DNA of 64,000 nucleotides from an uncultured cyanobacterium (GTDB taxonomy: Bacteria; Cyanobacteriota; Cyanobacteriia; Cyanobacteriales; CAWCAG01): positions 95,975 through 159,974 of the forward strand of contig CAWDOD010000001.1 in NCBI GenBank assembly GCA_963803805.1, written 5' to 3'. A program made the translations under genes and the position numbers. The notes beneath the pieces are model-generated. The model worked only from the letters and a program-made list of their open reading frames with translations. It did no database searches and was not told the DNA's origin. Shown piece by piece: positions 49,076 to 57,685 of the stretch; position 1 is the first letter of the stretch; every line of letters starts with the position of its first letter.

Positions 49076-49948
49076 TTGGCTCCTCCTATGTCGAAACTAG
49101 TTATTCAGCGACGAAAACAGCAATTTGTTTACTTTATTGAAGATAAAGGCAGACTGAACTTAGATATGGTGCAGATCCCTGCTGGTCGTTTTCTCATGGG
49201 TTCGCCAGAAGATGAACTAGAACGCTCAGATAGTGAAGGGCCACAGCATGAAGTAGCAGTAACTAGTTTCTTCATGGGACGTTACCCCATAACTCAAGCA
49301 CAATGGCGTAGAGTAGTCCAAATGCCAAAGGTAGCTAGAGATTTGGAAGTAAATCCTTCTCACTTCAAGGGAGATAAGCGGCCAGTTGAGAATGTGAGTT
49401 GGTACGATGCTATAGAATTTTGCGCCCGTCTGTCTCACCATACTCAAAGAAACTATCGCCTACCTAGTGAAGCAGAGTGGGAATATGCTTGTAGAGCTAA
49501 TACGAGAACGCCATTTCACTTTGGGGAGACTATTAGTACTGACTTCGCTAACTATGATGGTAACTATGTTTACGGAGGAGGAATAAAAGGAGAGTATCGA
49601 GAAGAAACAACAGAAGTAGACTATTTCCGAGTAGTTAATAATTTTGGTCTGAGTGATATGCACGGGTTAGTTTGGGAGTGGTGTTTAGATCCCTGGCATG
49701 GGAGCTATGAAAATGCACCAGCAGATAGCAGGGTATGGGATGAAGACAATAATGATAATCATTATCAAAAAATAGCAGATGATATTGAAGTTTTGTTAAG
49801 TGATAAGCGCAGTCGTATTTTGCGCGGCGGTTCCTGGGACGGCTATCCGTGGCTCTGTCGCTCTGCTTGTCGCGGCGACGTCTATCCCGATTTTCGTAGC
49901 TTCAGCTACGGTTTTCGTGTTGTCTGCGGAGCTGCGAGGACTCTTTAG
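49076..49948 (+). CDS. DGR target 2: stand-alone FGE-sulfatase domain protein
   Basis: Same FGS motifs; VR at the 3' end; ATG at 49088 is a possible start. Confidence 0.92.
   Translation: MAPPMSKLVIQRRKQQFVYFIEDKGRLNLDMVQIPAGRFLMGSPEDELERSDSEGPQHEVAVTSFFMGRYPITQAQWRRVVQMPKVARDLEVNPSHFKGDKRPVENVSWYDAIEFCARLSHHTQRNYRLPSEAEWEYACRANTRTPFHFGETISTDFANYDGNYVYGGGIKGEYREETTEVDYFRVVNNFGLSDMHGLVWEWCLDPWHGSYENAPADSRVWDEDNNDNHYQKIADDIEVLLSDKRSRILRGGSWDGYPWLCRSACRGDVYPDFRSFSYGFRVVCGAARTL
49825..49948 (+). repeat. DGR variable repeat VR2
   Basis: 11 differences from TR, all at TR adenines, plus the same 3' T/G difference. Confidence 0.95.
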
Positions 49949-50260
49949 CCCTTTGCTCTCTTGCCCTTTAGCCCTTTTTAAAATTTTTTCAATGATATGA
50001 TACCTTCATTTAGCAATGCTAGTAGTATGTCAATTTTCAATTGACGGGTAAAGGGGTAAGGGGTAGAGCTATAGGCGTTTCGCAGTTGGCGTTAGCCTTG
50101 CCGTAAGACTAAGCTAAAATCAGGGATCTTTGGATACTTCATTAGTTGGAGTACACCAACTTGCGATCGCACAACCTTTGGTAGTGTTCTTTCTTGTACA
50201 AAGTTTTAGTAAAATGAGTTAAACTACGGCTGTACAGCCGTAGTGGAGCTTGAGGGCTTA

Positions 50261-51255
50261 TAGTTATTTTAATTAAGTTTGAGACAATAAGAAGGTAAAA
50301 TGAAAAGAGTATATTTATAATAGCTCAACATAATGCCATACAGTCTAGATTTAAGAAAAAAGGTCATAAAATATATAGAAGATGGTGGAAAGATTAGGGA
50401 AGCAGCAAAAGTCTTTAACATTGGAAGAGCGACAATATACAGATGGTTAGAGCGTGAGAATCTGGAAGCCACGAAGGTAGAACGCCGTCAAAGAAAACTG
50501 GATTGGAAAGCATTAGAACAAGATGTCAAAGAAAATCCAGATGCTAAACTATCGCAAAGAGCCAAGAAATTTGGGGTAAATCCAAGTGCGATCTTCTATG
50601 CTCTCAAAAAAATGAAGATAACTAGGAAAAAAAAAGAACTTCGTTATCGAGAAAGAAACAGACTTGAAAGAATTAAGTATTTAAGAGCATTAAGAGAATT
50701 AATAAAAATCTACGGAAGTGAAAGCCTAGTGTTTATTGACGAGTCAGGATTTGAGGAGATGCAGTCGGTGCATTATGGATGGTCAAAAAGCGGTGTGACC
50801 CCGCGTCGGCGTAAGACGCAAGGGAACGCACACCAAGAAAGGCAAAAACTGTATGGAGAAAAACAAGGTAAACGAGGTAAAAGAGAGAATCTAGTAGCTG
50901 GTAGAAGAAAAAAGTCAAAAAACTTAATAGCCCCAATGTTGTTTAGAGGAAGTCTGAATGCAGAAGGATTTGAAGGATGGTTAAGGAAGTATTTATTACC
51001 ATCATTAACCATAGCGTCGGTACTAATTATGGATAATGCACCAATTCATAGGAAAAGAATGATTAGAGAGTTAGTGAAAGAAGCAGGTCATGAAGTATTA
51101 TTCTTGCCGAAATATTCTCCTGACTTCAATGATATTGAGCATGATTTTAGTGCTTTAAAGAGAGGAAGAATGTATGCAGATTCTGGAACATCTGTAGATG
51201 AAATTATTCGTAACTATTGTGCAGCTTAATGTCTCATTGTTATTTAAAATAACTA
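50261..51255 (+). mobile_element. IS630-family (ISY100-like) insertion sequence
   Basis: IRs TAGTTATTTTAATTAAGTTTGAGACA and TGTCTCATTGTTATTTAAAATAACTA; TA on each side. Confidence 0.9.
50333..51229 (+). CDS. IS630 transposase with a ~17-aa in-frame insertion
   Basis: YSLDLRKKV, FIDESG, MDNAPIH, LPKYSPDFNDIE. Confidence 0.92.
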   Translation: MPYSLDLRKKVIKYIEDGGKIREAAKVFNIGRATIYRWLERENLEATKVERRQRKLDWKALEQDVKENPDAKLSQRAKKFGVNPSAIFYALKKMKITRKKKELRYRERNRLERIKYLRALRELIKIYGSESLVFIDESGFEEMQSVHYGWSKSGVTPRRRKTQGNAHQERQKLYGEKQGKRGKRENLVAGRRKKSKNLIAPMLFRGSLNAEGFEGWLRKYLLPSLTIASVLIMDNAPIHRKRMIRELVKEAGHEVLFLPKYSPDFNDIEHDFSALKRGRMYADSGTSVDEIIRNYCAA

Positions 51256-51365
51256 TAGTAACAGTACAGAAGTTAGCAGGTCATGCTTCTCCTGCTACTA
51301 CAGCGATTTATGACCGTCGGGGGGAAGAGGTGAAACGTTCTGCGATTCGGAAGATGAAGTTTTAG
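51256..51365 (+). pseudogene. 3' remnant of a second tyrosine recombinase
   Basis: Near-identical to 31492-31601; the coding differences are synonymous. Confidence 0.88.
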
Positions 51366-51591
51366 AAGGTTCAGGCTGTATTGCTTACTGAATATAAGAC
51401 TTAATCGGAAATAGCTGGAAAAATTCGCTGAATAGCTTACTGAGTAAAGGTTATAGTGATTCTTTAATGCAAACATCTAAAACTCTTGTACAGTAAGGAT
51501 TTCAAGCATTTTTTCTTAAAACCGATAAAGTCTATACTTTATAGCTCTTTGAAAACCTGATGAGTACAAAAGGACTTACCAGAAATCCAAA

Positions 51592-51608
51592 TTTCATAAC
51601 TGTTTCAT
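51592..51608 (+). promoter_or_regulatory. CopR-type direct-repeat box
   Basis: TTTCAT-N5-TTTCAT upstream of copA. Confidence 0.7.
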
Positions 51609-51660
51609 ATTCTTGAGCAAAACTTAGGAATAGCTTTGTGTCCTATCAACACTAGGAACT

Positions 51661-53535
51661 ATGAATCTTAAACTAAACCGATTAAGCAGACGCAACTTTT
51701 TACGTTTTACTACTGGGGCAGGTATAGCTGTTGGGCTAGAACAACTGATTCCCCGTTATGCTAAAGCACTCCCAGGTATTCAGCAAGCTCAATATCCAGA
51801 CATCGTTGAGTTGAAGATTCAAGAAACGAGTTTAAAAATTGGCGATCACACCACCCAAGCTTTAACGGTTAATGGTTCAATACCAGGATCTTTAGTGCGT
51901 TTCAAAGAAGGACAAACCGCCACAATTAGAGTAACCAACCAACTGAAAAAAGATACCTCAATTCATTGGCATGGCATTATCCTTCCCCCAGAAATGGATG
52001 GTGTTCCCGGTTTAAGTTTTGCCGGAATAAGACCAGGACAAACCTTCACTTACAAGTTTCCCCTCAACCAAAGCGGCACATACTGGTATCACAGTCATAG
52101 TGGGCTACAAGAACAAAGAGGTCATTTTGGGCCTCTCATTGTCGATCCCCTAGAACCTGAACCTTTTGAGTATGACCAAGACTATATCATCATGCTCTCT
52201 GATTGGACATTTGAAGAACCCCATGATGTCCTCAGTAATCTTAAAAAGATGCCCGCCTTCTACAACTACCAAAGAAGAACTGTTGGTAGCCTCGCTGAAG
52301 ATTGGGAATGGAAAGGGATGAGAATGGACCCAACCGATATTGCTGATATTACCGGGGCAACTTATACCTATTTAATGAATGGTTTAGCTCCAGATTCCAA
52401 CTGGACAGCAGTTTTTAAACCAGGTAATAAAGTGCGACTACGGTTTATTAACGCTGCGGCAATGACCTTTTTTGATGTACGTATTCCGGGATTGAAAATG
52501 ACCGTTGTTCAGGCAGATGGTCAAAATGTACAACCTGTCAGTGTCGATGAATTCCGTATTGGGGTTGCAGAAACCTATGACGTGATTGTAGAACCTCAAG
52601 ATGAGCAAGCCTACACCATCTTTGCAGAAACAATGGATCGCAGTGGTTATGCCCGTGGTACATTAGCTATTCGTCAAGGACTCAGCGCCCCCCTGCCTGA
52701 ACGCCGCCAGCGCCCTCTACGCACTATGGCTGATATGGGCATGAATCATGATATGTCAGGTATGAATGGTGGCTCTTCGATGAATCATGATATGTCAGGT
52801 ATGAATGGCGATTCTTCGATAAATCATGATATGTCAGGTATGAATGGCGGCTCTTCGATGAACCATGATATGTCAGGTATGAATGGCGGCTCTTCGATAA
52901 ATCATGATATGTCAGGTATGAATGGCGATTCTTCGATGAACCATGATATGTCAGGTATGAATGGTGACTCTTCAATGAATCATGATATGTCTACTCCTAC
53001 ACCACACGGTGATGACGATCATGGTTTAGGTAATGCAGGCGTACCTATGATGGTCAGAAGTCGCCTACATGAACCAGGCATAGGGTTAGAAAACACCGGG
53101 ACTCGCGTACTAGTTTATACTGATCTCCGCAGTGTATCTCCAGGCTACGACCAAAGGAAGCCTGAACGAGAACTTGAACTACATCTTACTGGCAATATGG
53201 AACGGTATATGTGGTCTTTTGATGGCAAAAAGTATTCCCAAGAAAAACAAATCACTTTCTACAACGGTGAAAGACTGCGCTTGATTATGGTCAATGACAC
53301 CATGATGGAACATCCCATTCATCTTCATGGGATGTGGATGGAACTAGATAATGGTGCAGGAAAATACAAACCTCGTAAACACACGATTAACGTCAAACCA
53401 GCAGAAAGGCTAGCAGTAGAAATCAACGTTGATGCGCCAGGAAAATGGGCTTTCCATTGCCATTTGCTCTACCACATGAAAGTAGGAATGTTTCGCACTG
53501 TAGCTGTTATTGATCGCCCAGCAGGAGTAAGTTAA
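51661..53535 (+). CDS. copA: Copper-resistance multicopper oxidase
   Basis: Tat signal SRRNFL; HWHG, WYHSH, HPIHLHG, HCHLLYH; Met-rich insert. Confidence 0.93.
   Translation: MNLKLNRLSRRNFLRFTTGAGIAVGLEQLIPRYAKALPGIQQAQYPDIVELKIQETSLKIGDHTTQALTVNGSIPGSLVRFKEGQTATIRVTNQLKKDTSIHWHGIILPPEMDGVPGLSFAGIRPGQTFTYKFPLNQSGTYWYHSHSGLQEQRGHFGPLIVDPLEPEPFEYDQDYIIMLSDWTFEEPHDVLSNLKKMPAFYNYQRRTVGSLAEDWEWKGMRMDPTDIADITGATYTYLMNGLAPDSNWTAVFKPGNKVRLRFINAAAMTFFDVRIPGLKMTVVQADGQNVQPVSVDEFRIGVAETYDVIVEPQDEQAYTIFAETMDRSGYARGTLAIRQGLSAPLPERRQRPLRTMADMGMNHDMSGMNGGSSMNHDMSGMNGDSSINHDMSGMNGGSSMNHDMSGMNGGSSINHDMSGMNGDSSMNHDMSGMNGDSSMNHDMSTPTPHGDDDHGLGNAGVPMMVRSRLHEPGIGLENTGTRVLVYTDLRSVSPGYDQRKPERELELHLTGNMERYMWSFDGKKYSQEKQITFYNGERLRLIMVNDTMMEHPIHLHGMWMELDNGAGKYKPRKHTINVKPAERLAVEINVDAPGKWAFHCHLLYHMKVGMFRTVAVIDRPAGVS
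52741..52992 (+). repeat. 39-bp coding tandem repeat
   Basis: (M/I)NHDMSGMNG(G/D)SS x6 plus a partial unit. Confidence 0.95.
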
Positions 53536-54609
53536 GTGAAAAATTTAATACAAACCTTAGCTACAGCGATATTACTGAGTTTAGCAAGCATATTAACTCA
53601 GACCTCAGAAATATCTGCCCAGAATTTACCATCACCACCAACAGAAGCGAAGAGTTTTACTGAGTCAGAAACTACTGATGAAGAAGAACCAATAAGCTAC
53701 TCAGCAAAACAACTTGCTGAGCAACCTATCAAAATTTCTAACCCAGAACAACCTCCTTTATTTGACTCCAAAGATGAAGCTTTAGAAGTAGCTGGTGAAG
53801 AATTAGAAGTACTAGACACTATTGATTCTCTAGCTACTAGTGATGCCGGATTTCCAGCAAGGGAAGAGTCTCAAGAAGATAAGGAATTAATTACTGAGGA
53901 GCGATTGCAGTTATCCCAAAATAATAGCCAAACTCCAGAAGATTGGCCTGAACCTATTGATGATAATCAAATTTTCTGGTTATTACTGCTAGATCAGCTA
54001 GAGTACCGTGCTAATGATGGTGAAGATTCTTTTAACTGGGACATTCTAAGCTGGGTTGGGGGAGACTATGAACGACTCTGGATTAAGAGTGAGGGAGAAG
54101 TTGGTCTAGATGCTGGAGATGGAGAAGCGGAACTACAACTCCTCTATGGTAGGCTTATTAGTCCTTTCTGGGATTTACAAGCGGGTGTACGATACGAGCA
54201 GTTATATAGTTCTGAGGGTGGCCCTGGACGAGTTTTTGGAGTGATAGGAGTTCAAGGGTTAGCCCCGTACTTTTTTGAAGTTGATGCTGCTCTTTTTGTG
54301 AGTCAACAAGGAGATGTTTCAGCAAGATTTTCCGCCGAATACCAGTTACTCCTTTCTCAAAAACTAATTTTACAACCTGAATTTGAAACTAATATTGCTC
54401 TGCAAACAGTAGAAGAATTTGGTGTAGGTTCTGGGATTAACGATGTTGAATTAGGCTTGCGATTACGCTACGAATTTAACCGTCAATTTGCCCCCTATGT
54501 TGGTATTAACTGGACAAGAAAATTAGGCGCTACTGCTGATTTTGCCAGGGCAGAGGGTGAGAGTACTGATAACTTTGCTATTGTAGGAGGAATTAGACTA
54601 CTGTTTTGA
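53536..54609 (+). CDS. copB: Copper-resistance outer-membrane protein B
   Basis: DQLEYR, WVGGDYERLWIKSEGE, GLAPYFFE, GLRLRYE, FAPYVG. Confidence 0.92.
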   Translation: MKNLIQTLATAILLSLASILTQTSEISAQNLPSPPTEAKSFTESETTDEEEPISYSAKQLAEQPIKISNPEQPPLFDSKDEALEVAGEELEVLDTIDSLATSDAGFPAREESQEDKELITEERLQLSQNNSQTPEDWPEPIDDNQIFWLLLLDQLEYRANDGEDSFNWDILSWVGGDYERLWIKSEGEVGLDAGDGEAELQLLYGRLISPFWDLQAGVRYEQLYSSEGGPGRVFGVIGVQGLAPYFFEVDAALFVSQQGDVSARFSAEYQLLLSQKLILQPEFETNIALQTVEEFGVGSGINDVELGLRLRYEFNRQFAPYVGINWTRKLGATADFARAEGESTDNFAIVGGIRLLF

Positions 54610-54744
54610 AATTTCCCGTACAAATAATTAACTCCTCTTAGTCTACTAATATGAAATGGTCAATTTTAACTATTAGCTTGGTCTTAAAGCTATAGCTAAT
54701 TTATTTGTCGTCTGGTTTCTTCTATTTAATATAACTTTATCTTT

Positions 54745-55062
54745 ATGTTTTTCTCAGCATCACCAGTCTTCGCCCATAGTGAACAATTTCACCAAAGGGA
54801 AGAGCCTCAAGAAACAGAAAATAAGCCTGCTGAAAATACTGCTACAGAAGAAAAAGAAGGGATGCAAATGTCGGAAGAAGAGGCTTCAACTTCTCCTGCC
54901 ACAGAAGAGAAAAAAGCTTCGGAAACACATACTTCAGTGCAGCAATCTCCACAACAAACAGCAAATTTTCTGCTTCAACCTGGAGAAGGAGTATTTTTAT
55001 TACTCTTATTTAGTCCGCTATTACTCTACACCATGAAACATCGCTTTTATCACCGCTCATAA
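54745..55062 (+). CDS. Hypothetical secreted/anchored protein
   Basis: SPVFAH signal end, acidic linker, C-terminal TM; true start may be upstream. Confidence 0.5.
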   Translation: MFFSASPVFAHSEQFHQREEPQETENKPAENTATEEKEGMQMSEEEASTSPATEEKKASETHTSVQQSPQQTANFLLQPGEGVFLLLLFSPLLLYTMKHRFYHRS

Positions 55063-55165
55063 ATCTATTTTCCCTGACTAACTCATTGATAGTTAGTAAC
55101 TGTTCACTGTTTACTGATAACTGAAATGACCCCTTTGCCTACTTCTAAAAAGAGTAAACTTCAAT

Positions 55166-55450
55166 ATGGCAATCAACAAAGCGCGTCTTCGCCAACTACA
55201 CTTTTGGTTTGCGCCAATCATGGTTTTTCCGGTACTTTTAACTTTAGTCACTGGTTCTCTTTTCCAAGTAGCAGTAATTACTAATAAAGCTAACGATTTC
55301 TTATGGCTTTTAGATTGGCATCGAGGTAAATTTGGTCGGATTAATCTAGAAACGATTTACCCTTTCTTAAACGCCTTTGGACTACTACTCTTAGCAATCA
55401 CAGGTATTATGATGTGGTGGCAAACTCGTCCCCGTAAAGTGAAGAAATAG
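55166..55450 (+). CDS. Small PepSY-TM-like membrane protein
   Basis: LRQLHFW...TLVTG...LDWHRG...ITGIMMW. Confidence 0.7.
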   Translation: MAINKARLRQLHFWFAPIMVFPVLLTLVTGSLFQVAVITNKANDFLWLLDWHRGKFGRINLETIYPFLNAFGLLLLAITGIMMWWQTRPRKVKK

Positions 55451-55479
55451 ACGATAGTTTAATCATTTACTCTCCTTCA

Positions 55480-56835
55480 TTAAGCAAAAGGCAAATAAAC
55501 GCTGAAAGTACTACCTTCTCCTAAACAACTTTGCACTTCAATTCTACCTTGATGGGCTTCGGCAATGGCTAAAGCAATGGGTAATCCTAAACCAAATCCC
55601 CCGGTGTTTCTGGAGCGATCGCAACCAATACGATAAAAACGCTTAAAAACTTCTTCTTGTTGCTCTGGGGCAATACCAACCCCTGTATCTTTAACCCTAA
55701 TAACAGCTTTTTCTAAAGAAGGAGCAACTTCTAAAATTACCGTTACCTTGCCTCCACTGGGAGTGTAGTTAATAGCATTAGTAACTAAGTTAGCTACCAA
55801 GCGATATAACTGTTCTTCATTACCTTTAACTTTAATAGTTTGATTCACTCTTATTTCTAACCCCAATTCTACCTTAACCTTTCTCCCTAAAGGGGCTAGT
55901 TCTTCAGTTAAATCACTAACTAAGTCATTAATGCAAATGCGATCACACTCCTGATTAGGCAAAGATAATAACCCTTTTTGATCTGCCCTCGAAAGAAGCA
56001 ACAACCCCTCTACAAGCTGCACTAAGCGGGAATTTTGCCGAGCAATTACCTTAAGAGTTTCTTGTACTTCTGCCTCTTTTAAATGAGCTATCCTCTGGGT
56101 AGACTCTACCGTCGCACGAATAGCTGCTAAGGGGGTACGCAACTCATGGGCAGCATCAGCCGTAAACTGCTGAATTTGTTTATAAGACTGATAAACAGGT
56201 TCCATAGCCAGTTTAGCTAACCACCAACTAGCTATGGTCACTACAACCATAGTTAGAGGTAATCCTAATAGCAAAATTAGTCTGACACTGGCTAAATATT
56301 TGTTTGTCTGTTGAAGAGAACGCCCGACCAGAAGATAGCCCCAGACTTGATTGTCTTTGGTATGAAGTAAAAGGGAAGTTTGTTGATAATCTTTATTGTG
56401 CTTATCCTTTAGGGCAAGCCACTTTTGCTCTACAGATGTGGTTGATAGATTACGAGGGAATGCACCAGCGTAAGCGATGAGCTTTCCGGAGTTATCCATT
56501 AAACTTAGGTAATAATCATCTTGGACTATAGCGTTAGCCAAAGCGTGACTGGTGTGATTACTCTGAGTAAAGCAAGTCTTGTGAACTAGGCAAAGATTAG
56601 GTAAGAATCTAGCTTCTTCAAAGTCTATTTTTCCTGGTTCAACTAACGTAGATTCCAAACTATTATGAATAGTAGCAGAAACAGACCTTAGCTCCCTTTC
56701 TACGGTAACGCGATGGGCATGGACAATTGCTTCATAAACACCAAAGCCAAACAAATAAAGTATCCCACCCATTATTCCCGCATACCAACTAGCTAACTGC
56801 CACCGTGTTGTCTTAAATAATTTATTCTGCCTCAC
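55480..56835 (-). CDS. Sensor histidine kinase (RppB/CopS-like)
   Basis: ADAAHELRTPL, NLVTNAINYT, DTGVG, GFGLGL. Confidence 0.92.
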   Translation of the reverse strand: MRQNKLFKTTRWQLASWYAGIMGGILYLFGFGVYEAIVHAHRVTVERELRSVSATIHNSLESTLVEPGKIDFEEARFLPNLCLVHKTCFTQSNHTSHALANAIVQDDYYLSLMDNSGKLIAYAGAFPRNLSTTSVEQKWLALKDKHNKDYQQTSLLLHTKDNQVWGYLLVGRSLQQTNKYLASVRLILLLGLPLTMVVVTIASWWLAKLAMEPVYQSYKQIQQFTADAAHELRTPLAAIRATVESTQRIAHLKEAEVQETLKVIARQNSRLVQLVEGLLLLSRADQKGLLSLPNQECDRICINDLVSDLTEELAPLGRKVKVELGLEIRVNQTIKVKGNEEQLYRLVANLVTNAINYTPSGGKVTVILEVAPSLEKAVIRVKDTGVGIAPEQQEEVFKRFYRIGCDRSRNTGGFGLGLPIALAIAEAHQGRIEVQSCLGEGSTFSVYLPFA

Positions 56836-56963
56836 AAACTAAGTCCTTCCAGCAAGAGTATATTCATGTGGATTAATAGTGATACAAAATCCGGCACGTG
56901 AAAAACCTGCTATAAAATTCCTAAGCAAATGTCTAAGACCTCTGCTGCGGTGCTGCCTACTCC

Positions 56964-57662
56964 CTACTCCCTTTCTATCTTAAATCGATACCCCAAACCA
57001 TAAACTGTCTCAATCACCGACTCGCAATTATATTGTTCCAGTTTACGCCGTAAAAGACGTATTTGCGCCGCAACTACATTACTCATTGGTTCTGTGCCAA
57101 CTTCCCACATTTGGTCTAAGATTTGCTCACGGGTAAGGATTTGCCCAGGATGCCTCATAAAGTACTCTAAAAGCTGAAATTCCTTGGCAGTGAGAATAAT
57201 TTCTTGTTTTTCTCCTTGAACATTTTCCCAGGAAACCTGGTGGGTTGCATAATCTAAACAAAGATTCCCCACTTGCAACTTAGGTGGTTGCAAGTGGGGA
57301 GAGCGCCGTTGCAAAGCCCGCATTCTCGCTAATAGTTCCGCCATACCAAAAGGTTTAACCAAATAATCATCAGCACCAGCGTCTAAACCAGCTACTTTAT
57401 CTGCTTGGGTATCTTTGGCAGTAAGCATCAAAATAGGTAGAGGATTGTCTTGCGATCGCAGCTTTTTTACCAGTTCTAATCCTGATTGCCCCGGCAACAA
57501 CCAATCAAATATTGCTAAGGTATATTCTGTCCAATCACTCTCCAAAAGCCCCCAAGCTTCATTACCATCACCAACCAAATCCACAATATAAGCTTCTTGC
57601 TGGAGAGTACGTTTAATTGCTCTACCTAAATCTGGTTCATCTTCTACTAAAAGAACACGCAT
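56964..57662 (-). CDS. OmpR-family response regulator (RppA/CopR-like)
   Basis: LLVEDE, FDWLLP, GADDYLVKPF, ETVYGLGY. Confidence 0.93.
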   Translation of the reverse strand: MRVLLVEDEPDLGRAIKRTLQQEAYIVDLVGDGNEAWGLLESDWTEYTLAIFDWLLPGQSGLELVKKLRSQDNPLPILMLTAKDTQADKVAGLDAGADDYLVKPFGMAELLARMRALQRRSPHLQPPKLQVGNLCLDYATHQVSWENVQGEKQEIILTAKEFQLLEYFMRHPGQILTREQILDQMWEVGTEPMSNVVAAQIRLLRRKLEQYNCESVIETVYGLGYRFKIERE

Positions 57663-57685
57663 AGCTTCTTTTCAACCATTAGCTA

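Noticed and set aside
51385-51542. Imperfect dyads after the integrase remnant as recombination sites
   Set aside because: Too short and AT-rich to support without comparison to homologous loci
52724-52975. Repetitive minus-strand ORF
   Set aside because: Shadow of the CopA Met-rich repeat; not a CRISPR array because there are no unique spacers
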